A DNA stretch of 64,000 nt from Rhina ancylostomus. Lineage: Eukaryota. A program made the translations under genes and the position numbers. Where the stretch lies: contig JARFYF010000001.1 in assembly GCA_030265395.1 (NCBI GenBank), positions 86,018,127 through 86,082,126 on the forward strand, read 5' to 3'. Positions 1 through 11,409 of this stretch are shown in pieces. Numbering within the stretch: the stretch's first letter is position 1; each line of letters starts with the position of its first letter. A model generated the notes under the pieces. That model saw only the letters and a program-made list of their open reading frames with translations, was not told where the DNA came from and ran no database searches.

Positions 1-299
1 CCCCCGGGAAGGGGTAGGGAACAAAAATGAGAGGACTGGAGGTGGGTCGGAAGAAGGGGAACTTCTAATTAAAGGTGACTTATGAGCATAAGATTCCAGT
101 GAAAAACCAGAGGAGACGAGTGAGCCCAAAGCCCTGTGAGGGACCAGGAGGAACCAATATGCCCAGAACCCAGTGAATGGCTAAAGACAACTAGGAATCT
201 CAGCAAGGATCCCAAAAGCAACCAGTGGGAACCCTTCAGCCCACACCCATTGGGGCAGGGATGGGGGTGGGGGAGCCAGACAATTGCAAACGTACAGGA

Positions 300-680
300 A
301 ATTCCGCAGGCCAAACCTCGCAGTGATCTGCCGTCTCACCTGTGGGAATTAGAGAAGCAAAGGAGAAAGAAAGGTGCTCCGTGGTGGAGTGGACGCCCCT
401 TTCTTGGGCACCTTGCAGTAGCAGGTGCTGCTGCTGGGGGGACAACCAACAGGCGGCGGCAGAGCCCAGGGCAGGCACAGTGCACAGATCCTCGGCTGCA
501 TCCTGTGCGTTCGGGCACCGCTCCCCGCTCGCCAGCGTCTTACTCAGCGGACGAGCCGTCATTCTGCAAGCAATGAACTCGTATTAAAACAGCTCCTTGC
601 GCGGCCTCGGGACTCCTCCCTCAAGGTCACCGTCAACAAACAGGACTGTCAGCTGTCCCAACCTTACAACTGACCTGGTA
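300..680. promoter_or_regulatory. GC/CpG-rich segment, possible promoter or 5' exon of the neighbouring gene
   Basis: Visibly CpG-dense (e.g. gcgttcgggcaccgctccccgctcgccagcg, gcgcggcctcgg) against a CpG-depleted background. Includes a minus-strand CAG|GTGAG splice signal at 340/339. Confidence 0.4.
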
Positions 681-789
681 TCCCTGCTATGATTCAGGAA
701 ATACGGCAGCCATTTCAGGCATGGCAAGATCCCACCAGATTAATGATCCGATCGCCTAATCGGCAAGAAATAAATGGCTCGAGCCCCGT

Positions 790-940
790 AACCCTTCAAA
801 AGAGCTGCGTGGGACATTTCACGGACATCGAGACGAGAGGTTTAGAGGGATATGGGCCAAAGGTGGGCAAATGGGACTAACGGGTGGGCACAGGCGAGTT
901 GGGCCGTAGGGCCTGTTTCCATGCTGTATTACTCTATGGC
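790..940 (+). mobile_element. CR1 (HER1-like) LINE 3' tail
   Basis: ggtttagagggatatgggccaaa...ggcaaatgggacta...gggccgtagggcctgtttccatgctgtattactctatg is typical of elasmobranch CR1 3' ends. Confidence 0.8.
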
Positions 941-1039
941 TTGAAGTTTATGTCACATTTGAGAGCCAGTGCATCTAACGGTGAAGCCCTTCCTACTGCT
1001 GCACGGAAGAGTTGGCCTAGATTACTGCAGCAAGACGAC

Positions 1040-1165
1040 TGAAAAGCACTCTGATGCTGTAGGAACTCAGCATGCCAGGCAGCATCCCTGGACAAAAGCT
1101 CCTGCTGAGTTCCTCCAGCATCATAGTGTCTAGATTCCAGCATCTGCAGTCCTTTGTTTCCCGAA
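1040..1165. repeat. Short fold-back repeat (Penelope terminal-repeat derived)
   Basis: gatgctgtaggaactcagca ... tgctgagttcctccagcatc form inverted arms, followed by the family motif gattccagcatctgcagt. Confidence 0.65.
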
Positions 1166-2129
1166 GCAAAACGACTTCCTGCTGTACTCCAGTGTGCGCT
1201 AGATGGGGGACTCGAACCAATAACCTTCAGGCTCAGAAGCGGGACTTCCACCCACTGAGCCCCGAGTTCATTCTTGCGCTCAGGATTTGCCTTTTGTTCC
1301 TAGGCTGGTCCACTTCCCCATGCCTTAACCACGAATCAGGCAAGAACGGGCCAGAAGCCAAACTCCGAAGTGAATTGGAATTAAAACAAGTCTGGTTGTG
1401 AAGCTGCATCANNNNNNNNNNNNNNNNNNNNNNNNNNNNNNNNNNNNNNNNNNNNNNNNNNNNNNNNNNNNNNNNNNNNNNNNNNNNNNNNNNNNNNNNN
1501 NNNNNNNNNNNCACACTCTGCTCCCGAGCACCCGGCTCATTGGTGTCAGGGTGTAACAGACACTTAGTAAAATAGGTGGCGGAGTTAGCTTTTTGTTCGG
1601 TCAGGCTGGTTAAGTGGGAGACAGGCGCTAGCCACTCATAAATGCATCAACGCACTGAGTGGCGGCAATCACTGCTACTCTAATACACCCCATGGACATA
1701 GCTCTGCCTGCTCTCCATGGATTACAAATTAATCATCAGAATGCCACCATGAGAAACCGCAAAGGAAGGGAATTTAAAAAGTACGATTTTTAAAACAGTA
1801 TTGCCGAAGAAACCTTCGGGGAGGTTGATGGCTGTGTGAGGTTGGGTTAGAAAAGTGTTTCATCCGTAGGGTAGGAAACAGCAACTTTGCCCAAGGCCAG
1901 TGGTGCTTTTTATGTGAATCAGATGGATATAGGTGTGCAGGGTACAACTCTGGCTGACGCAAAACAGGAGGAGTAATAAACAGCAAGGGGGAGTAACAAA
2001 CAACAAGGGGGATAGTAATAGACCTCAAGAAGACATGGTCCAATAGAATGGAGAGACCAATGGCCGATGAAAGATGCATGAAGGGAGATGGTTTGGCAAA
2101 GAGACAACGTCGATTAAATGTCAGAGTTC

Positions 2130-3030
2130 TAAAAGCAGAAAAGGAATCGCGGGACCCAGGTGAATGTGTAAAAATTCTTGAGCGAGACAGGATAAGTTTA
2201 GAGAGCAGTTAGTAAAATGAATGGGATCCTGGGTTAAATTAATGGAGGGAAGTTACGAAAACTGGTCAAAGTCAAATTAATTGTCAGATGCATAAGTACA
2301 TGCGTGCCCAGGCTCAATGAAAAACTTGCTTGCAGCAGCATCACGGGCACAGAGCATCAGAAACACAACGTTCACAGAGAAAAAAAACAAACATAAATTA
2401 TACAAAAAAAAACAAAATGATACAAGAATTAGAGCACAACTAGGGTAATGTGCCCAGTTTTGGTCACCACACTTTGGAGAAGAAGGTAAATTGATTTATT
2501 ATTACACAAAAGATTTGCAGGATTGTTTTCCCGAGGTGATGTCTTCACCATAAGCTTAGACTGGAGAAGCTGGGGTTTATCTCCTTGGAACAAAGAAGCC
2601 CGTAAGTAGATTTGATGGAGATGGATAAGATCTTGACTGATTCAGATAAGGTACAGGAAGTCCTCCGGTTACAACAGAAGTCTGTTCCTGAGAACTGTGT
2701 GTAACCTGAACTGTTTGCAAGTCAGAAATGAACAAAATCCTGCTGGTCTCCCAAACACTGGTTCGTATGTCTCTGGTGTCCATAAGGTTGCTGCTCGTAA
2801 CCTGGGGAGGACCTGTTATTGGAGAGAGGCTGTTCCCATTGGGAGATGACGACAATCAGCAGGACTTGGATCCAAAGTGATGGGCAAAAGATACCACGAA
2901 GAAAAACCTTTTATGCAGAGAAGATTGCGATCTGGATCTCACAAGCTGTGGAGTGGGGGCAGTGAAAACAGTCAATTTGGACCTCGGAAGGGAATTGGAT
3001 GCAGGGAGAGAGCCAGGAAATGGGACTAGA
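2130..3030 (+). mobile_element. Decayed CR1 LINE 3' part carrying two nested insertions
   Basis: CR1 motifs (cccagttttggtcaccacac, ggtttatctccttggaacaaagaag, aaaaaccttttatgcagag) are interrupted by a Rex-type tail at about 2270-2430 and a MITE at 2654-2815. Confidence 0.65.
2654..2815. mobile_element. Tc1/mariner (Tigger-like) MITE
   Basis: Imperfect terminal inverted repeats TA|caggaagtcctccggttac ... gtaacctggggaggacctg|tta, inserted at a TA within the CR1 remnant. Confidence 0.6.
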
Positions 3031-3370
3031 TAGAGTGGTGCAGTTACTGGAGCTGCTGCTTCACCACACCAGCGACACAAGTTCAATCCCGACTCAGGTG
3101 CTCTCTGTCCAGTGTTTGCAATATTCTCCTTGTGACCACACTGGTTTCCTCTGACAACCCAAAGACTTGCAGGCTGGTAGGAGAAATGACCACCGCAAGT
3201 TCCCCCTTGTGTGGGTGAGTGTTGGAATCCGTGGAGAGTTGATGGGATTGTGGGGAGAATAAAAATGGGTTTATTGTCGGATTAATACAAACGGGTTAGT
3301 TTAAAATATTGGATCAGCGTGGACTCTGCCAGCCTAAGAGCCTGTTTGCATTTTATATAATTCTATGGAT
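3030..3370 (+). mobile_element. tRNA-derived HE1-like SINE (decayed)
   Basis: A/B-box-like head (gtggtgcagtta, agttcaatcccgac), core gtttgcaatattctccttgtgacc...ggtttcctc, and CR1-type tail gagcctgtttgcattttatataattctatg. Confidence 0.7.
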
Positions 3371-3959
3371 TGTTTTACAAACGGCCAGTGGGGTCTCAAT
3401 ACCCATTGACCTCCTTCTGTGCCAACTATGAGAAGGTGGGGCTCCAAAAAGGTGGACGAGAGAAGTCAAACAATGAAACCGTGGTTGGCTCTGTGGATGG
3501 GACGACAGCAGTGAGAGATGACCGACGTGACAGTACGACAGGAAAGACGAGTCAGGACCCTGTGCGACTGAAGGACTCTGCAAGCTGTGTTGATAAGCGG
3601 GTGGACACTGTCCCCGCCAGGATTCACTGCCACTAACCTCTGAACCAGAAATGGGACAGAATGGAGACGCACTCACCCAGCACACTCCCTGAGCTACATT
3701 TTAAACCAGGTGAGGCGTCCTTTGATTAGAAGTAGGCGGTTCAGGACCTCAGCCACGGATGCAAAGGGAGGGAAGGCTGAGAGGTTCCGCACATTCCGTC
3801 CTGCTGTCACATGTGGAAGATTACAGGCCTCACTGTGGCTTCGGGGTTCACCATCTACTCATTGCAGCTTGCTGAGACCTTCAGCAACACCTCCCATACA
3901 GCTACTAGCACAAACGTCCTGAATTGCTACCACGAGAGACTCAATTGGGTCTATGAAGG

Positions 3960-4365
3960 CCGGGCATCCCGTGCCTCCCAAAGCCTTACGGCCGGAGTGT
4001 GATGGGACACCCTCTGCTTGCCTGGAGGAAAAGTGCCAACACTCAAGCCCACTTCCCTGGCATCTCACCCACCACCCTAACCAATCACCCGAACCCTCCA
4101 CTATCGCTGTGGTGAGTACCATCCCCAAAATGCATTCCATTATCCACCAAAGCTCCTTCAATGGCCCCTCCTCCCAACTCCCCCAAGTGCAGCAGTTCCG
4201 ATTACCTGAAAGGGCTGGACACATGGAAACGCCACCAACTTCCCCCCTCACCTCGGTTACTTGAAGATACACTGCCACCCTTTCATCATCACTGGGTCTA
4301 AATCGTGGACATCCCTCCCAATCCACACTGCGAGAGCACTGTTACCAGAAGGGGCACAGCGAAAT
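3960..4365 (+). mobile_element. L2/CR1-group LINE 3' fragment (decayed)
   Basis: Residual RSVMEY/LAW- and TIYKMH-like coding, plus ctgggtctaaatcgtggacatccctccc. Related tails occur at about 11180-11400 and 39470-39740. Confidence 0.55.
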
Positions 4366-4371
4366 CAGCAC

Positions 4372-4858
4372 TGAACAAAATCCAAACTGCTGGAGGAACT
4401 CAGCGGGAACTCTGTCCCTTTTCTCTCTCTTCCTGGTTTACCCAGTTCCTCCTCTGCCCACCCCATCGCTCAACCCCCTATCACCGTTTCTTTCCCCTCC
4501 TCCACCCACCCAACCCCGTTGGTTCCGTGCTCCACCTTTTCCTGTCTGATTCCATCATCTGCTGCCAATTGTCACCTCCATCCATCACCTCCCAGCCTCC
4601 GTTACTATTTCTACTCTTCCCTCCTTCACCTACCGCTCACCCCTCCTCGCCTGGATCCACCTATCACTCGCCAGCTCTAGCCCTTCCTTTCAACTTTTTA
4701 TACCGACTACCTCCCGTCTATCTTCCAGTTCAGATGAAGGGTATCCACCTGGAACATCGACTGTCCACTTTCCTGCACAGATGCTGCCTGACCTGCTGAA
4801 TTCCTCCAGCAGTTTGTTTTACTCCGGATTCCAGCATCTGCAGTCTCTGGTGTCTCCA
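4372..4858 (+). mobile_element. Penelope-like terminal-repeat fragment with degenerate hammerhead motif
   Basis: Pyrimidine-rich body with inverted ends (ctgctggaggaactcagc / gctgaattcctccagcag) and cagttcagatgaagggtatccacctggaacatcgactg at 4726-4763. Confidence 0.7.
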
Positions 4859-5489
4859 GAACGGAACAAGAAGTCTGACAATTACCCTTTGACCCTCTTC
4901 ACTCTCCCTCATTTTCTCTCAGTCTCAACCCCCTCTCTGCCAATCCAAAGACAAACAAAAACCAAACTATTCCCCATTTAGCCAAGTGCTTGCGTGTTGA
5001 AACAAAATCATAGCCTGCCTTTAACTCACGTGTTGGTCTGCTTCTCTCTGCACTCCTAACCCTCCACTTGGACTAAGCCTTCAACTGCTCAGACTTAACG
5101 CTCCGGAATTTCCCTCCACTAAGACTCTTGTTCCACCTCTTAATTCGCGGCTTAAAGCCTACCCCAGGCCAAGTGTTTGATCAGCTCTCCCAATGTTGCA
5201 CATCAGTTTTCGATCTACAGGCAGCAACTTGTCAAGAGATAGCAAGTTTACATCAAGAGTGACCAGAAGGCTTCTGATTCAAGTGCATTGTGTCATCTAG
5301 TGTTGAATGTCAGCTTGAGTACAAAATAACCTCCCTGCCTGATCACAAAAGGGCCCATTGCGAAGAAATTTGGCTTTTTCTATAATGCCTTTCACAAATC
5401 CCAAATCATTTGGTTTCAGTGAAGCACCTGAAAAGAAGTCACTGTGAACTCACTGCTGTCATATGGGGACACTGCCGCCCAAGTATGCA

Positions 5490-5885
5490 CAGAAAAATTC
5501 ATAGCATCACACTGATGCAATCACAAAGAAGGCACGCCAGTGGCTCTACTTCATTGGTGACAAACCAAATCTGCTCAAATTCCCAAAGACTTGCAAATTT
5601 CTACAGATGTACAGTGAAGAGCATTCTGACTGGTTGCATCACTGCCTAGTATGGAGGCTCCAATGTGCAAGATTGCAAGAGGCTGCAGAGGGTAGTAGAC
5701 TCAGCCAGCTCCAAGGCGGGCACATCCCTCCCCGCCATCGAGCGCGTCTTCAAGAGGTGGTGCCTCAAGGTGGCAGCATCCATCATTAAGGACCCTCATG
5801 AACCGGGACATGCCCTCTTCACGTTACTACCATTGGGGAGGTGGTACAGGAGCCTGAAGACCCACCCTCAATGTTTCAGGAACAG
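5490..5885 (+). mobile_element. Rex1/Rex-Babar LINE 3' ORF fragment (runs into a gap)
   Basis: NFYRCTVKSILTGCITA and RLQRVVDSAS...KDPHEPGHALFTLLPLGRWYRSLKTH are characteristic of the Rex1 C-terminus. Confidence 0.85.
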
Positions 5886-7419
5886 NNNNNNNNNNNNNNN
5901 NNNNNNNNNNNNNNNNNNNNNNNNNNNNNNNNNNNNNNNNNNNNNNNNNNNNNNNNNNNNNNNNNNNNNNNNNNNNNNNNNNNNNNNNNNNNNNNNNNNN
6001 NNNNNNNNNNNNNNNNNNNNNNNNNNNNNNNNNNNNNNNNNNNNNNNNNNNNNNNNNNNNNNNNNNNNNNNNNNNNNNNNNNNNNNNNNNNNNNNNNNNN
6101 NNNNNNNNNNNNNNNNNNNNNNNNNNNNNNNNNNNNNNNNNNNNNNNNNNNNNNNNNNNNNNNNNNNNNNNNNNNNNNNNNNNNNNNNNNNNNNNNNNNN
6201 NNNNNNNNNNNNNNNNNNNNNNNNNNNNNNNNNNNNNNNNNNNNNNNNNNNNNNNNNNNNNNNNNNNNNNNNNNNNNNNNNNNNNNNNNNNNNNNNNNNN
6301 NNNNNNNNNNNNNNNNNNNNNNNNNNNNNNNNNNNNNNNNNNNNNNNNNNNNNNNNNNNNNNNNNNNNNNNNNNNNNNNNNNNNNNNNNNNNNNNNNNNN
6401 NNNNNNNNNNNNNNNNNNNNNNNNNNNNNNNNNNNNNNNNNNNNNNNNNNNNNNNNNNNNNNNNNNNNNNNNNNNNNNNNNNNNNNNNNNNNNNNNNNNN
6501 NNNNNNNNNNNNNNNNNNNNNNNNNTTCTGCACCCTCTCGAGCTTAATTACATCCTTCCTTCTGGTTCTGGTACAGCAACCAGAACTGCACACAGTATTC
6601 CAGGCAATCCCATGAACAGCAAGGTGATGTTGAGATAATTAGCTCTGGTTATACCAGCTGTGGAATAACTACTGGCCAGCGACAGAGATTTCTTACCCAT
6701 TTCCAAAAGCATTCAAGACACGTTTTACTTCCACCCGAGGGGCTTGGATTAATATCTTGTCTGACAGACAGCAGCATTAGCAGTGCAGTGGGTATTGCAC
6801 TGGAATTGTTCCGAATGCAAAGAAATATTTCAGGAGCTGTCATGCCCTCTTCTATTATACTAATAAATCCTGCAATTATGCACACTGCAGAACCTTGGGA
6901 CAAGCAGTGTTGGGAATGTATGAACTCCTGGTTCTGCATAATCTGCGCTCTCCCCAACACTGGTCCTGAAACAATCTGCTTTCAGTCCCTTCAATGTTGC
7001 TCTGTCATCATTTTCACTGGAGATCGTCACTGGGTGAAGACATAAGAGGGAGTGTGTCACTGAGCAGCATTATATGCTGAAAGGGTCACAATGTGGGGTC
7101 AGGATGCCTGTTCTGGTCCTGTACTGTCCTGAATGCAACAGATTCAGAGGTGATCTGANNNNNNNNNNNNNNNNNNNNNNNNNNNNNNNNNNNNNNNNNN
7201 NNNNNNNNNNNNNNNNNNNNNNNNNNNNNNNNNNNNNNNNNNNNNNNNNNNNNNNNNNCTGAATGCAACAGATTCAGAGGTGATCTGAATACAGTGTTTA
7301 CAATGGTTGGATGATGTACTGGAGAACTAGAGCAACCACTTCCTTCCACCACTCTTCCAGGCAGCATGTCCCAGATCATAACTCGCTGATGGTACCTCCA
7401 GATCCTTTGTTAATTATCT

Positions 7420-7960
7420 TAATTCCCTGATTATTGACTGTTTTCTCTTTTATAAGCTGTTCCCCTTCTATAAACTGTGTGCTTACTGAAGCCTTTCATC
7501 TGTGCTACAATTCCAGTTAATGCTCTCTGCACCTTCTCCACGACCTCCAGATGTTTCCTACAAAGTCATGCCCAGAAATGGACACAATACCCCAGCTGGG
7601 GTCTAAGCAGTTTTAAGGTTCAGCATAACTGCTTTGCTTTTGCATTCTGTGCCTCTGTTAATAACACCAAAAGATTCTATACACTTCTTTCATCAACCTT
7701 CTCCAGCTGTCCTTCTACCTTCAAAGATTTGTGAGTGAACACCCTCAGGTCGGGTTCCAACACCTCTTTTAAATTGTACTGTTTGGTTCATATTCTTCTT
7801 CAGTCTTTTCAGTAAAACTCACTCCACCACGTTGAACTTTAGCTGCCTCATGCCTTTATGAAGTCCATCAACATCTCACACATTCGGTAAAGTTAAGATT
7901 TGTGTCATTAGCAAACTTTGAAATTGTGTCTATATTTCTAAGTTTAGGCCATTAATGTTC
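7420..7960 (-). mobile_element. Decayed CR1 LINE fragment
   Basis: ctctgcaccttctcca and cagaaatggacacaatacccca are the antisense of EYCVQFW...LEKVQR. A related piece at 6527-6605 gives RKDVIKLERVQ. Confidence 0.65.
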
Positions 7961-8819
7961 ATATGTTAATAAAGGAAAAGGGCTAGTATATTTTTAAGTA
8001 TGAAAGCTACTGGTCAAAACTACTTCCTGCTTTCTGTCTCTTAGCTGATTCACTGTGCTCCGATACAGGGTCTTGACTCGCAACGTCAACCATCCCTCTG
8101 CCTCCACAGATACCGCCTGACCCACTGAGTTCCTACAGAAGGTTTTTTTTGCTCCTGGTTATAGCATCTGCAGTCTCGGATCTCCACAGTCCTCTCAACC
8201 ATTGAAGTCTATGGGCCCTGTCTTGTTTCCTCCTGCATTGCATGACAGGCGACTGACTGTATTTTGTTATGATGCATCATTTAATAACTAGCGTTACATG
8301 CCTGCCATTATAAAAAGTTTTAAAAGCTGGAAAATCCCCTTTGTTGCTCCCCATGTTACAACCGTGACTGTATTTTCATAAGTATAACATCTTTTAAATG
8401 CTTTTAAATGGAAGCCTTCTTGTTTTCATGATAAAACAGGCAGCTTTAATGTTCCAATTGCCTCTTTAGATACAGTTAATTATTTATGCAATGTGGTATT
8501 ATAAATATTATTTATATATTTAATTTCTTAGGATCTCCTACACCAAATTTCTATCATCTAATTCTCATGACTAAACTGTTCAGTGTTCACCCTGCACTCT
8601 TCACAGCTCACAAGAGCTGCAACCACCAGTACAGTAATTCTCTCTACTGGGAACCTGAGAGATACTGTAAATCTTTACTTTCTGCGTTCAGGACCACATA
8701 GGGGAGGATTGGTAACCCTAACTCTATTGGAAACTGTTGGACAGAAAGTAACCTTAATAGGAAATGTGACAGCACTAGCAGGGAAAGCATTAAAAATTAG
8801 GGTGACTGTAACAGGGTAA

Positions 8820-9720
8820 AATTGTAATGCACTCCGGTAGAGTCAACGTTTAGTGGAAATACCAGACAAATTTGTTGGAGCTGTTCGAAGTTCTAATTAT
8901 AAGATGGGGAATGTAGAATATTTATATTTTTGCAAGAATATACAAGGTCCAGGAAATTAGATCAAAGTCAAGGCTCAGCAGATTGGGCACAATATTAGCA
9001 CAGCTTGGAGAAAGGATTAATAGACAGATTTCAAATAAATGGGCCTTTTTGTTTTGAGTTGGTAGGATGCAACATGAGGGGTACCACAACTGTCAGTGCT
9101 TGGGACTCAGCTAACTACTATGCATTTCAATGACCCAGATGCTAAATCACAGAAAATGAACATGCAGATGAAGCAAACAACTGGGGAGATTAAAAGACTG
9201 GCAACATGCCTTTGTGACAAAGATTAAAGTTGAAAAGTAAACAGATCTCACTGCAGGTTCATGAAGCCTTGGTAAGACTATACCTGGAGCACTGTATTCA
9301 GTTTTGGTCTCATGAGCTGGGGAAGAGTAGAGGGTCTCAAAAGGGAAAACAGTAGAGGTTAATTTCTGGGATGGAGTTGTTGGTGGATGTCCTATGAAGA
9401 TAGATGGACCTATATTCACTGGAGCTTAGAGGAATGAGAGGTGATTTCATTGTCATACATGATTTAAGGTTCTTGGCAATGCTTTATACTTGAACTTTTA
9501 TTTTTGAAGGCTAGTGTGTCTGAAGGCTAGCCACTTGGGACCAAGAAGTATTTTTTTATTCAAAGGACATTGAGTTGCTGGAATTCTCCATCTCTTTACT
9601 CCCAGAGTTCAGTATGACAGATTGATAATGGGTTTGAATATCACGAGTATTAAAGGATATCAAGATAATGTGGGAAGGTGGATTAACCATGTTACTCAAA
9701 GAGCCAGATAGCCTTCTCCT
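8820..9720 (+). mobile_element. Decayed CR1 LINE (RT region to 3' end)
   Basis: gggtaccacaactgtcagtgcttgg (GVPQ.SVLG) and cctggagcactgtattcagttttggtctc (LEHCIQFWS). Confidence 0.7.
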
Positions 9721-11409
9721 GTGCCCTTTTTTGTGTTGTTAAATATTCAAGATGAGGAAGCAAAGGATTAAAAAACTATAACTGTATTCATATCTTATAA
9801 CTGATGAGAACTGTAGCTATATGAAATACTGATTAAAAGGGTGGCTGGCAGGCCAGAGCAGCAAAACCCACTTTTTCTGGGCTGGGTGCTGAGTGATAAT
9901 TGCTGTGTCTGGGACTTAATTGGCTTGCAATCAAGTTAAACTATAAGGATGATGGTTGCATGGGAAATGGGAAATGGGAAATGGGAAGGCTGTCCCAAAC
10001 AATGAGTGTGATACCTGTATTTGTGTCTCTTAATTGCCAACCGATTAACTGAACCTTGGGTGCAATGCTGTTCTTTGTTTCTCTGCAGTTGTCCTTTATT
10101 TCTTTGCTGCTCAACCCAGAGCCGTGGTGCCTGGCTCATTAAAGTGTGCATGACAATGTTTGTATATATCACTGTCTGCCCCCTCTGTACCTCTGAGAAC
10201 TCCACCGCGGACTCTACCTGAGAGTAAGGTTTCTCCCAAGTGGTATATTGCAAAATAAACATGTTTGAATTAACCTGTGACACTGATTTACAGCAGATGG
10301 AAGTGGGACTTCAAAATCGGGTTAACAAAGGGGGGGTTTAGGCCACCAGCAAAGTACAGCTACATTGACTCATTGAATCATACAGTATCTGAGGCTATTG
10401 GGATAAATGGATTTGTGCAGGTTCTTTGAAAGAGCTTTTTGGTTAATTCTACTTCCTTGTTCTTCCCCTGTAGCAATGCAAATTTCTCTTTCCAAATAAT
10501 TAACCAATCTCTTCTTGAAGTCACTGTTGCTTCAATCACTTCCAGACAGTGCACTCCAGTTTGCAAGGTATCTCTGCAGATACAGGATCTCATCTCTCCC
10601 CAGATTCTGTGTCAATTAATTGCTCAGCCCCCAACCTTTGAAAAGAATTTAGTGCCTGTCAAAACCAATGGGCCTAATCAGAGTTGAGCTGAATGGAGGT
10701 TGGTGGGAGGAAAGTATATAGAGGAGGAAGCAGGGGTTTTGGCTGGGTGGTCTCTAATTCCTGGATGGCCAGGTATAAGGGAGGTTCGCCAAATCTCAGA
10801 GGGGAGTAGTTGCTACAGAGAAACAGGACCACATCCAAACAGTAATCAATTCACTGGCCCCCTGACCAATACTTATTCCTCAATTACACATACCAAAAAT
10901 AAAAGAATCTAGTCACTTTCACAAAACTGTTCATGGGACCACTTTGCACCTACAAGTTGCTGTATTCTGTGACATTATGATAGTAACTAAGAGTTTAAAG
11001 ACTGTTATAATCAACTGCATATCAAATAAAAAAGGTGCTGAAAATGTTCAGCTCAACAAATGCACAACTGTTCAAAAAGAACCAGGAATAAGGAAGGATA
11101 AAGGACTTAACAGAATGGGGGAAGGGTGCAAATACTAAAGGTGAATATGATTAATCTACAAAATACAGGGCAGTAACTTACCAAGGCACTTTACACAACA
11201 CTTCTCAAACCCTTGGTGGCTAGCTAGCTAGTCACGTGAAGCAGGTTCATAGGAATTTCACCATCCCAGGCACATAACATCACAGCTTGGATATATAATC
11301 ACCAAATCTACATTGTTGCTTGGAAATCTTGGAATTCACAGTTAAGAACATCGTGGGAGTATTTTCACCAGATAAACTGCAACATTTTAAAATGACTTGG
11401 CAAATGTAA

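Noticed and set aside
136-576. 146-aa plus-strand ORF and overlapping short ORFs
   Set aside because: No recognisable domain; open frames are expected in GC-rich sequence.
5665-6638. ORFs of 240-316 aa in the track (also 16425-17127)
   Set aside because: Their length comes from runs of N; the real parts are LINE or Penelope fragments.
7129-7288. Direct repeats flanking 100-N gaps (also 24770-24929, 31220-31419, 46403-46584, 62662-62855 and around 55420-55590)
   Set aside because: 30-50 bp are duplicated on both sides of fixed-size gaps. This indicates unmerged contig overlaps or haplotype differences, not biological repeats or CRISPR-like arrays.
9961-9987. (TGGGAAA)x4 run, G-quadruplex-like
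   Set aside because: A short simple repeat with no supporting context.
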